Virus record (IMG/VR): IMGVR_UViG_3300005805_000170
Span: 1-41,194 of that record
Strand: one strand, 5' to 3'
Source: a virus
Lineage: Duplodnaviria; Caudoviricetes
Length of the DNA stretch: 41,194 nt
How positions within the stretch are numbered: the stretch's first letter is position 1; every line of letters begins with the position of its first letter. Of the stretch, positions 27,528 to 37,800 are shown piece after piece. The position numbers were made by a program, and so were the translations under genes. Below the pieces are notes generated by a model that ran no database searches, was not told the DNA's origin, and was given only the letters and a program-made list of their open reading frames with translations.

Positions 27528-28020
27528 TTGCGTCGCCCTTTCTGACGATAATGCTTGTTTTTAGTACACCAGTTTCACAGTAGTTATCTACGTTAATCCC
27601 GAGGCTAGAAAGTTCTTTTACTCTCCAGTACGAAGGTTGGACATAGTCAAGAACCTGCATTGCAATCTCTTCTGGTGATTTAATTATTTCCCCAGTATCA
27701 ATGTCAACAGACATTCTCACAAGCTTTTGCGCAACAACGCTGGCCAAATCTTTGTGTTGCCAAGCACGACGTTCGTACGAACTTTTCTTTTCAATCACCC
27801 CACCGTTGGCAAGTTGGATGTTTTTCCCATCGGCAATCAATTGACCGACGGATGCGGAAAAAGAGTCGTATACAGTTGAAATATCGCGTTTAGCCATATT
27901 CAACTCGTACAAGATGTCGCATGCATCCTGCATCTCTGGGTTTGAACTGATGTATTCATCAAGCTCTTGACCAAGGGCAAGGAGGTATTGACGAACTTCT
28001 AGGATTCTCTCTGGTGTCAT
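27517..28020 (-). CDS. Hypothetical protein
   Basis: 167-aa ORF with AAGGA RBS, coupled to the Rad52-like gene. Confidence 0.7.
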   Translation of the reverse strand: MTPERILEVRQYLLALGQELDEYISSNPEMQDACDILYELNMAKRDISTVYDSFSASVGQLIADGKNIQLANGGVIEKKSSYERRAWQHKDLASVVAQKLVRMSVDIDTGEIIKSPEEIAMQVLDYVQPSYWRVKELSSLGINVDNYCETGVLKTSIIVRKGDANDK

Positions 28021-28056
28021 TGTTAGTAGTTTCCTTATTAGGTTTGAATAGTTATC

Positions 28057-29364
28057 TCACACGACTATAGCGATTCTTCCTCGCTGTGGCAACCCGAGCC
28101 CTGTTAAATGTGTAAATGCCCCAACTGCAGAGTCAACTTGGTCGTCGTGGTCGCAGGCCTCTGGGAATGAAGAGAATTCGTCAAGCCAGTCCGACAGCCA
28201 TGTTCCACGGACTACACGCACGTTGCCGTTGGCGGCTGCAGCAGCAAATGGGCGAGCCCTAGTCACCTTGTCGCCAGTTGACCGAATTGCTCCAAAATCG
28301 TAGCCTGGGACAACATATCTGGCATATTGGTCCATGAGAGCCTTGCCCGATGAACCGGGCTCTTGCTCCATCCGAATCGGCACACCCTTACCATCTTCGT
28401 ACGCCGTTCTGGCTATAAGTTCTTCTACCTTTTCACCTCTTACCCGAGCCTTCTTCACATCTAAAACATAGGCGATTCCTTGGTCGAAAAGCATCAGAGT
28501 CCCAACTGTCCAGTCTGGATTGGGGTTGGAGTGGTTAGGTTCCGTTGCTGCAAGGTCCCAAAACCTCACGGCTCTGGCGGACGAGGTTATTTGAGGGATT
28601 TCATTATCGTCAACGATGACTATCGAGGTCCTGTCGAATAGGGTGCCCAAAGTCGTGCTCCACCAGTCTCCCTCTTCCAGTCTGCGTCGCTCAATTGGGT
28701 CCAGAGCCTGTAGGGCCTGGCGGTAGGAAACGGCGTCAATTCCAGGGTTATCTGTCAATTTTGAAGGGACGAAGATTCTGCCCTCGGCTTTTCCCTCAAC
28801 GATAAAACGCTGTCTAACCCAATTGGGAGCAGGGTTTGAGGCCGTCCTCATTCGCAAGGGAACCGATGATAATGGCCCAGATGCAGGTCGACGCAAACGG
28901 GAGAACATATACCTGTAGTCGCTCTCACGGATTTCGGTTACTTCGTCCATACCAATGAATTGGAACTCCGAGCCCTTATAACGAAGGTAATCGCCAGTGT
29001 TGTTCAGGTAACCAAATGAGATTCTTGCCCCAGAGGGGAATGTCGCTTGAAAGCTGTTGTTGTTCCAGTGGATATCTTCGTAGAGGGCAGCCCACGATTT
29101 GAAGCGGTCCATCAACGCTCCAGGAAGTGATAAGTCGGCAAACGTTCGACGGAAAAGAATCGCAGAATAGTTGGGAACATCAACATACTGCAGGGCGGAC
29201 ATGAGTAGCGCAGAAGACTTTCCACCGCCAGCCGCACCGCCAAACAAAGCCTCAATAGAGTTGGTCCGCAAAAAAACTTTCTGATTTATTGACGGCTCTT
29301 CTGGGCAAAAAGGTGGCATCTTTGGCTGAAGGTATTCCAGAACCTGATTCCAATTTGTTGTCAT
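28057..29364 (-). CDS. Terminase large subunit
   Basis: Walker A GGAAGGGKS, Walker B IGMDE, ASNP coupling motif, nuclease RFWDLAAT, EQEPGSSGK, HDDQVDS. Confidence 0.95.
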   Translation of the reverse strand: MTTNWNQVLEYLQPKMPPFCPEEPSINQKVFLRTNSIEALFGGAAGGGKSSALLMSALQYVDVPNYSAILFRRTFADLSLPGALMDRFKSWAALYEDIHWNNNSFQATFPSGARISFGYLNNTGDYLRYKGSEFQFIGMDEVTEIRESDYRYMFSRLRRPASGPLSSVPLRMRTASNPAPNWVRQRFIVEGKAEGRIFVPSKLTDNPGIDAVSYRQALQALDPIERRRLEEGDWWSTTLGTLFDRTSIVIVDDNEIPQITSSARAVRFWDLAATEPNHSNPNPDWTVGTLMLFDQGIAYVLDVKKARVRGEKVEELIARTAYEDGKGVPIRMEQEPGSSGKALMDQYARYVVPGYDFGAIRSTGDKVTRARPFAAAAANGNVRVVRGTWLSDWLDEFSSFPEACDHDDQVDSAVGAFTHLTGLGLPQRGRIAIVV

Positions 29365-29417
29365 ATTTAATTTGCCTCTTTATACAGTTAAGCATGAAAT
29401 GCGCTACTGTAGGTGAT

Positions 29418-29618
29418 ATGTCAAAACTACTGTCGCGGATTAAGACTTTACCAACTCGTATCAAATCGTCATTTAAAAGGGCTACCTTCGCCAACTTGCT
29501 CATGATTTCATTTATACTGTTTACCAGTATTGGTGCGGCACTTATTTTTCTACCTGCCGGATTGATAGTGGCAGGCATAACGTGTGGTTTTTTCGGCTTC
29601 CTATTAGGTCTTGAGTAA
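29418..29618 (+). CDS. Small two-TM membrane protein preceding portal
   Basis: MSKLLSR...two hydrophobic stretches; AGGTG RBS-like sequence; ends 2 nt before the portal ATG. Confidence 0.65.
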   Translation: MSKLLSRIKTLPTRIKSSFKRATFANLLMISFILFTSIGAALIFLPAGLIVAGITCGFFGFLLGLE

Positions 29619-29620
29619 AT

Positions 29621-31699
29621 ATGGCATGGAATCAATCGAGCAATAAATCGCTCGCAAACGCACAATCCAAGGAGCTTGGACCTGGTGCGCCCATAGCCCA
29701 GAATCCCAGCTATGCAGGAAGACCCTATAGAGATTCATGGGATGTTGAGCGTGCATACCGCGAAGGCATGCAGAAGGTTACTTGGGTTGCGAGATGTATC
29801 GACGCAATTGCCGGAAACCAGGCACGACTTCCAATCATTCTTCGCAAAGACAACTCTCCAGATGGAGAAATCCTTATTGGGAATAAAGCAAAAAATAACT
29901 CTTTGCTTGAAGTTCTAAACACTAAATCAAACGTTGGTGAAAACTCATTTATCTTTAGATACAGAATGTCTGCTCAGCTTTTGCTCGGCACGCGCGGTGT
30001 ATTCATTGAAAAGGTTCGTGGTAGAGACGGAAGAATAATTGGTCTTAACCTTTTGCCACCTCAATCAACTGCACCAATTCCAGATGCAAAGAAATTTGTT
30101 TCTGGATATGAAGTTCAAATGCCTTATGGTCAAAAAATTATAATGAAACCGGATGATGTTTGTTGGATTAGACGCCCACATCCACTTGACCCATATTTGT
30201 CACTAACCCCCCTTGAGTCGGCTGGAGTTGCGATTGAAATTGAAAACCTTGCAAAGCTCTATAACAGAAACTACTTGCTCAACGATGGCAGGCCTGGTGG
30301 GTTGCTCGTTCTGCGTGGAGAAATCGAAGACGATGACAAGGAAGAATTGAAGAGTAGGTTCCGTGGAAATATCGGAAGAGCAGGGCATACAACTGTTATC
30401 TCTGCTGACGACGGTGTTGACTATGTGGACACGTCTGCTTCACCTAGAGACGTTGCCTATGCTCAAATGAGGCAAATTACAAAGGAGGAAATCCTTGCGT
30501 CATTTGGTGTTCCTGAGTCAGTAATTGGAAACGCTGCAGGGAGAACATTCAGCAACGCAAGCGAAGAAATACGTGTGTTCTGGATGGAGACAATGCTCCC
30601 CCACCTTGAACCACTGGCTCGCTCGCTGGACGAATTGGACGATGAGTACTACATTGACTTTGACACAAGCGAAGTTCCAATTCTTCAGCTCTACAAGCAA
30701 GAGCGTGAAAGATACTTGATGCAGGAATTTCAAACTGGCCTCATTAGTAACAACGAGTACAGAATTGGTTCTGGAAGAAAAGAAGTTGAAGCAGACCTTG
30801 CTGACTCTCTACTAATGAACCCTAACCTTATTCCAATTGCGAATACGAAGAAAAAGATGGAAACTGCCCCATCTGCAGAGATGGGTGGGGTGCCTGGCGC
30901 GCCAATGCCTGGCGCACCAATGCCTGGCGAACCAATACCTGGAGCTCCGGTTCCTGGCGTAGAAGGTCAACCACCACTTGACCCAAATACAATGCAGGGA
31001 GCCTTGGCACAAGTCGAAGCACCAGTTCCCCCAGGTCCAGACCAATTGGCACAAAGCACAATTCCACCAGAGGCACTTGCCGCTGTTGCCACCACAGCTG
31101 AGCCAATCCCGGCTGGAGCAGCATCTGCACCATCTGGAGAGATGATGTATAAGTCAATCGAGAGTGAGTTGCAGGCAAAAAGCGCAGAGTCTCTGACTAG
31201 GTGGAACGAGATACTCAACAGGAGCATTGAGCGAGTCATTGAGAGACAGCAGAGAGTTGTTCTTGAGAAGGCAAGTGGCTCGAAGTCAAAGAAATCACTG
31301 TTTGCTGGGACCCTAGAAATTGACTCTATACTCTCCCCCGAGGTTTGGGATAAGCAGATGGACGAAGACATTAGACCTGTTATTTCTGCAATCATTCAAG
31401 ACTCATTTAATATGTACAACGACGGATATGGACAGAAGTCTGAAAAGACGATAAATCAATCTGACCTAAATGCCCAGATTGATTCCCAGATGTCGCGCAT
31501 AAAGAGCATGAATCTTGACAACTTCAATCAAATATCTTCAATGATGTTTAACTCTCTAGCCGTTTTAGGGGAAGAAGAAAGAGCAGCATCTTTCCGTGGC
31601 GCTCTTGTAAGCATGTATGCGAACCTTATGGCTAAGCAAAGATTTGAAATTGCCGAGGATGAATCACGACGAGCGTGGAAGTTTGGTCAGTATATTTAG
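29621..31699 (+). CDS. HK97-family portal protein with Pro-rich linker and C-terminal extension
   Basis: WVARCIDAIA...LP, LL.GT, SPL/TPLESA, NDGRPGGLL, EILASFGVP...G, NEYR; extra ~280 aa C-terminal. Confidence 0.93.
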   Translation: MAWNQSSNKSLANAQSKELGPGAPIAQNPSYAGRPYRDSWDVERAYREGMQKVTWVARCIDAIAGNQARLPIILRKDNSPDGEILIGNKAKNNSLLEVLNTKSNVGENSFIFRYRMSAQLLLGTRGVFIEKVRGRDGRIIGLNLLPPQSTAPIPDAKKFVSGYEVQMPYGQKIIMKPDDVCWIRRPHPLDPYLSLTPLESAGVAIEIENLAKLYNRNYLLNDGRPGGLLVLRGEIEDDDKEELKSRFRGNIGRAGHTTVISADDGVDYVDTSASPRDVAYAQMRQITKEEILASFGVPESVIGNAAGRTFSNASEEIRVFWMETMLPHLEPLARSLDELDDEYYIDFDTSEVPILQLYKQERERYLMQEFQTGLISNNEYRIGSGRKEVEADLADSLLMNPNLIPIANTKKKMETAPSAEMGGVPGAPMPGAPMPGEPIPGAPVPGVEGQPPLDPNTMQGALAQVEAPVPPGPDQLAQSTIPPEALAAVATTAEPIPAGAASAPSGEMMYKSIESELQAKSAESLTRWNEILNRSIERVIERQQRVVLEKASGSKSKKSLFAGTLEIDSILSPEVWDKQMDEDIRPVISAIIQDSFNMYNDGYGQKSEKTINQSDLNAQIDSQMSRIKSMNLDNFNQISSMMFNSLAVLGEEERAASFRGALVSMYANLMAKQRFEIAEDESRRAWKFGQYI
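30893..30958 (+). repeat. 15-bp in-frame tandem repeat (PGAPM/PGEPI/PGAPV) in portal linker
   Basis: cctggcgcgccaatg cctggcgcaccaatg cctggcgaaccaata cctggagctccggtt cctggc. Confidence 0.85.
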
Positions 31700-31746
31700 A
31701 TAGTTTCAGTAAAATAGCAGATTTCCAAATCATTTACTGAAACTAT
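31700..31746. promoter_or_regulatory. 14-bp perfect inverted repeat between portal and giant ORF (terminator or operator)
   Basis: ATAGTTTCAGTAAA-N19-TTTACTGAAACTAT. Confidence 0.6.
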
Positions 31747-31764
31747 TTGGTTTTGTATCAATAC

Positions 31765-31814
31765 TTGCTGTGAGTGTGCTCATTGTTACTCTAATATCGT
31801 TTAGAACCAAGGAG
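31765..31814 (+). promoter_or_regulatory. Putative promoter and RBS of the giant ORF
   Basis: TTGCTG-N16-TACTCT with TG extension (31784-31792); AAGGAG at 31809-31814 before ATG 31819. Confidence 0.5.
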
Positions 31815-31818
31815 CGCT

Positions 31819-34800
31819 ATGCCAAATTCTAACTTCGGAAACATCCAATACAAAGCCTCGAATGGACTCATCAAATTAGATGAACTAGAAGGCATTGTCG
31901 AGTGTTTTGTTTCTGGCATAGGTAACAAAGACTCGGTTGGCGATATTTGCGCAACTGGCGCATTTGCCAAGAGCCTCCTACGTCGCAAGCCAAGAGTTGT
32001 TTGGGGCCATAACTGGAATGACCCAATCGGAAAAGTCCTTGAAATATATGAGGTTCCTGCTTCTGACCCACGTCTTCCAATGAAGATGAAGATGGCCGGA
32101 ATCGGTGGCTTGTACGCAAAAGTTCAGTTCAATCTTCAGTCTGAAAAAGGAAAAGAAGCGTTTGCAAACGTAGCCTTCTTTGGTGAAGAGCAAGAGTGGT
32201 CAATTGGTTACAAGACCCTCAGAGCGCAGTATGACGATAACCTGCAAGCGAATGTTCTCTACGAAGTAGAACTCTACGAAGTATCTCCCGTTCTTCACGG
32301 TGCAAACCAATTGACTGGAACAATCTCCGTAAAGAGCGATGAAGAAAAAATGCATGGAATGATGCCACTTGTTATTGGTGGCCCAGGGTCAAACGCTCCT
32401 TCACGAGAAAACATTTTTGAAGAAGGTATGGCCCAAAGAATAAGTGGCTCACAACTTGCTTCTGTTGTGGCAGAACTTTCTCGCCGCGCTGGAGGACCAG
32501 TAATGGTTGTTGAAGCAACTGAAAATTCGGTTGTCTTTGTTAAACCAGGTAAGGGAAAGTTTAGAATTGGATACCACTTCACTGGTAGTGAATATATGTT
32601 CGGTAAGCCAGAATTAATTCATGCAGACCAGCCAAAGCCGCAGATGCAGTCAGGACCTTCACCGGTACCTGGAATCTCTGCCAAGCCAACTGTTGGACAG
32701 AAGCCAGCAACGACTAACCCTGCAATGCCAATGCCAGTTGCTGTAAAGCCAGGCAACGGCGGAATGGTTATGGTCCCACTCCCACAGGTTGAATACGAAG
32801 GAATGGACAAGAACAAAAAGCCAGAACTCGTTGCAGAAGAAAGAGAATTGGCTGAATCACTTGTTCGCATTGCTGGGAAGTACGGCAAGTTTGACGAAGA
32901 CGGTGACGGAATTTGGGCTGGCTACTACCCACCTGCTGAAAATAAAGTAAAGGACATCGGAGTTAAGTGCTCGAATTGCGTTCTTTATCAGGGCGAGGGA
33001 AAGTGCAAGATTCTTGACCTCAAAGTCGAAGACGAAGGAAAGTGCCGATTCGCAATTATCCCAGACGGTGTTGTCGTCGGATTCGGCAAAAAAGAATACA
33101 ACGACATTCTTGATGACGAAGAAATCAAGATGGTTGAGGATATTGAAGCAAAATATCCTGGCGAGTTTATTCTTGGAGTCTTGCGCAATACAGTAAAGAA
33201 GCGCCGTAAGAAGCGCCGCTCATACAAGACACTCGAAGAGTGGGGCGTCGAAGAGCAGGAATTGATGGAGAAAGGTCTCGACCCATTCTTGGCTCAAGAT
33301 GCATCATACGTGCTTCCAGTTGACCCAGCTAATGCATTTGAATTCAAGAGCATGATTGACCCTGTTCTTGAGTACCACAGAATTGATACATACGTAAATG
33401 AGTATGGTGTTGTAATTGCATCACAACTCGACCAAGAGGCAAAAGATGCTCTTGAGACTGCGACAAAAGCTGCTGTACGAAGACTCGGCAGAAGCATTCG
33501 TGGTGCGGGTGGCGGTGGTAATTTTTTAGGCCGGACACTCCGGGGTGGGCGAGGCCTTGGCGTTCCTAGTGGCGACCTTGACCCAAGAACTCGTCGCGAC
33601 AGCAACCTAGACGGAACACTATTTGACAACATCCCAGGATGGGAACAACCAGACCCAACACCTGGTGGCCCTGGCTCAATAAATAACCCAAAGCCATCTA
33701 AGCGTCAGCTTGCTGATGCAGCAAAACCAGATGGAACAGAAAAACTTTCTAGCGGAGCAAGAAATATTCGTCGACATGCTGACCGCTCTGCCGACATGGA
33801 GAAACAGTTCCCAAATGCTGAAGAAAATCAGAAGCGTGCGGACCATGAAGCAATCGCAAAAGCATGGCAAGAACAGGGTCTTGGGTGGGAAGAAGTTCCA
33901 CGCTATAACGCAGACAAGAACTTAAGTTCCGACTATCTCCGCGGACGCGAAATTGGTGTCAACCAAGCACGCGTTATGTGGGAAGGCGACTCGGTAAGGA
34001 AGCGTCCTGAAAAATTCAACGAGAAGCAAAAGGCTTCGCAGGAATATAGCAACTGGTATTCAAGCTACGCAAAATCAGTTAGCGCATACCTAGATGCTCA
34101 CAGTAGAGATGACTCAGATAACTGGGACGGAATTGAAGAAGCTCTTAGGGCAGATGTCAAATCAAAGTATCCAGACACGCAGGACTGGGCAAAAGAAGAC
34201 ATTGCCACCCTCAATGAGTATTTGAATGACATTGGCCTTTTGGATGTAGACAAACTGAAGAAGAAGAAAAAGAAAAAGGCTGGTGCTGAAACAGCAAAAG
34301 AGCCAGACCTTCAGGAACTTCGCAAGCTTAACGCAGAGGGCAAACTGTCTTCAGGAAAAGCAGCGAGAAGAGACCTTGTTTCTGGGAACAAGGTTCCTGG
34401 TGAGGGAAAATTTGCACGTCTGATAGATGAGCAAATGGGTAATCGCAACGATGAACGCGAACCTTCTTACGTTGCTCGAAAGTATGCAGATGCACTCGTT
34501 GAAAACTGGAGAAGCCTAAGCGACAGCGAGAGAAAAGAATTCCTTCAGGACGAAATGGGTTCCGAGTACATGCCGAAAGCCGAAGAGTTTTTGGAGATAC
34601 TCGATGAAGCATGGGCGACATATTCGCAAAGAAATAAAAAATTCAAAGACATCGACAATGAACTCCAAGACATAATGGATTCATCACGTCTATCTTCTGG
34701 TGGTCGACTTGGAGCATCACCAGATGATGCCGAATACGGACGTGAACTTGCAGCCCAACGAGCAAGAGACAGGGCTGCTGGACGCAATGCAACAAACCCA

Positions 34801-37800
34801 ATTGGCAGGGGTGGCGATTCTGGTGCTAAGAAGAAACCGGCTAAAGAAAAGCCTGGCCTTTCCTCTGGTCGTACGCGTGACCCAAATAATGATGGCTTCT
34901 TGAGAGAGACTGACTACAACGACCCGGATGCTGGTTATGGTCTTGTTCCGCGACTCATGAAAGAAGTCGGCTTCGATGAATACGAAGCAAGAGATGCCAT
35001 GGATTACTGGAACTCGCTGGACGACGACGAGATGAAAGAGTTTGAAGATGCCAGAAATGGCGATGTCTATGGAGCAATCTCTGATGCCTGGGACGAAAGC
35101 CAGGCCGCAAAACCAAGTAAAGAAAAACTCTCTTCAGGGAAAAAACCAACCAACAGAGAGATTGAAAAACAAGAAATGGATGCTGCAGACAATAGTTTGC
35201 GGAGCTTCATGGATGGTTTCGATGGATGGGACGATGAAGAGTGGGAATTTGGTAATCAGCTAGACGCAGAAGTTGAAAGATGGGCTTCAGCGAATGAAGA
35301 CATGCCATGGATAAACACTTCTGTTGAAGACATGATTGATGAGATGTCTTCAGATGATTCCATAGAAGGTCAAAACAAACTTGTATTTCTTGAAAATCTT
35401 CAGCAATCTCTTTTTGACGCACAAGACCGAGCAAGAATGTCTGATGATGAAAGGTCAAGAGACAGGCTTGAAAGAAGCGTAAGAAGAAGCCAGAGTGATT
35501 TTGATGAGGGCGGAATACTTTCTTCAGGCTTTAGGCGCACCCCAGCCCAGGAAGCACGTCAGCTTGGGATAGACACAACTGGAATGAGCCCCAAACAGGC
35601 TGCACAGGCAGTTAGGGACTACTACAGAGATGAAGACCAGAAATTACGCAAATCGTATGATGGCGTGCGAGACAGGCTTCGTCCTGCGGTAAGTAGGCGT
35701 TTTGATTACTTTTATGACACTGAAGGTGTTGGCGTTATTAGTTCGTTCGATGGCCAGGAAGCGGAAGCTGATTTCATAAGAGCATTGAAAGATGCGCGAA
35801 GAATCGATGCCTCACTGGAAGAATCTAAAAAAATACTCAGCGACATCGCTGCCGGTGGAGAAAAACGTAAAGCAGCATTAAGGCGTTTTGCGGTTAGCGA
35901 AGAAGAACGAACAGCTCGCTTCCCACAACGTGTCCCACGTCAAATCAACACAGACGAGCAACTTGACGAGTATCTCAAGTCTTTGTATCTGGGAAAACTA
36001 GAACAATATGCTGATGATTCAAAGATAGATGACGAGGATTCAAATATTGGCGAGACAATCGATTTTTATGATGAATTCGCTGATGAGGTAGCAGATTCCA
36101 AGGGAATAACTGTTGATGAGCTTAAAGAGCAGATTAACGAAGATGGCACACTCGACGACTACGTTGACTCTATCAGCCCTGAATCAATGGCCAATTTATT
36201 TGCTGATACAGCAGAACAAAAGATAAACGACCGCCTCAAACTACGTGATGAGTTTGACAAAATGGGTCTCCTCGATTTGGACCCAGAAAAAGCTGGCATT
36301 TCAGAAATACGACGCCGGGCCAGCAGTATTTCAGAAGGAAGTCTTTCTTCAGGTGCAAATCCGCGTGCTTCAGATGAAATCAGAAGAATCGTTGAGACAA
36401 ATCAGGACATCGAGCGGGCTGCTCTGTATGTCGGATTAGATGAAGTATACGAAGGAAGAACATCCCGTGCCATGGGTGCACGAATAATGGCCGACGCCAA
36501 TGCTGGCAATTTACCTGAATCCGATGGCGAGCAACTCGGCATGGCAATAGAACTTATTGACGAGTTCTTCCCTGATGCCAGTTCTCGACAAAAACGAGCA
36601 CTAGAACAATCAGTATTCGGAGCAATCGCAAGAAACGCTAGAGAATCTAGAGTGGACGCAGATTGGGATGACAGTCAGAAGCTTTCTTCGGGCAGGGGCA
36701 AGATACCACCTAGACCTAGTGAATTTGCAAAGAAAATTGGCCCATATGATGGGAAGCTTTCAGTAGAAATAATGAGTGCCTCAAATGGGCTTGACTTGCA
36801 AATCAATGGTAAAAAGGTTGGCCGCTTCAGGAGCAATGAAAGCTTAGACAGATTCGTTAATGAAGTTCATGTGGCATTGAGAAACCGCGATGGACTTTCT
36901 TCTGGTCTAAAGCCAAAGCCAGAAATTAATATAGAAAATGTCAAGAAAAACATTGCAGAGCTCGAAGCTGGTGGTGACAGAGCAAAAGCTGTTTTGAAGA
37001 AAGACTTCAGAGGAAGACGATACTCAGATGGGACTCAGTTTGGCTCCAAATTTCTAGGAAAAGACGGCAATTCTTATTCCACAGACATAGAAATAACTGA
37101 CGAAGAACTAGAAGCTTACATCAGAGCTAAATATGTAGATGAAGCATATAAGTCAATGAAAGAAGACGTTGACAATATGGAAGATGTTTTCATCGGCGAC
37201 GACGACATTCCAGATGAGATTAGAAATGACCTCATGCCGTATCTTCCGTTTTACGATGAAGCAATTGCAGAAATGCAAAAAGACCCCAACTTCGAGAACT
37301 CTAGCTCTATTGGCTACCCAGAAGATTTGTATGAATTCGCTCCGTATGAAGACTTGCTATTCGACACAGCACAGAAACAAATAAGAATTAGAAAAAGAAA
37401 GCTAGACCAGGCATCAACACTGTCTTCAGGGATGCGTAAATTTGACGACCTTGATGAAATCGACAAGCAGCAGGCAGCCAAGAATCTTGCATCCGACATA
37501 AGCCGAATAATTGGCAATTCAAATTCTGACCCTGATTTTGATTACGGTTTTAAAAAATTCATTGATGATTCAGGTGATTACGAAAGTGGCGACAGCGTCG
37601 ATGCAATTAGAGACAATTATGCCAGCTTCCTTTTTGAAGCAGCAGAAAAGGGCGACTGGGAGACTCTTGAAGAGCATGATGTAGATTTGTCGACCCTACT
37701 GGAGTACACGCCAGAAGCTCACCCAGATGTCGAGATGGAGTACGAACTAGATAAGAGCGACCGAGAATGGGCCGACATGATGTCGGGGATGCGGAGAGAC

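Noticed and set aside
28057-29364. Intein or intron in terminase
   Set aside because: 435 aa with contiguous ATPase and nuclease motifs; no insertion evident.
33922-33933. LSSD (and LVSG near 34375, MSSD near 35344) as additional cleavage motifs
   Set aside because: They deviate from the otherwise invariant LSSG and mostly lie inside apparent modules; not counted.
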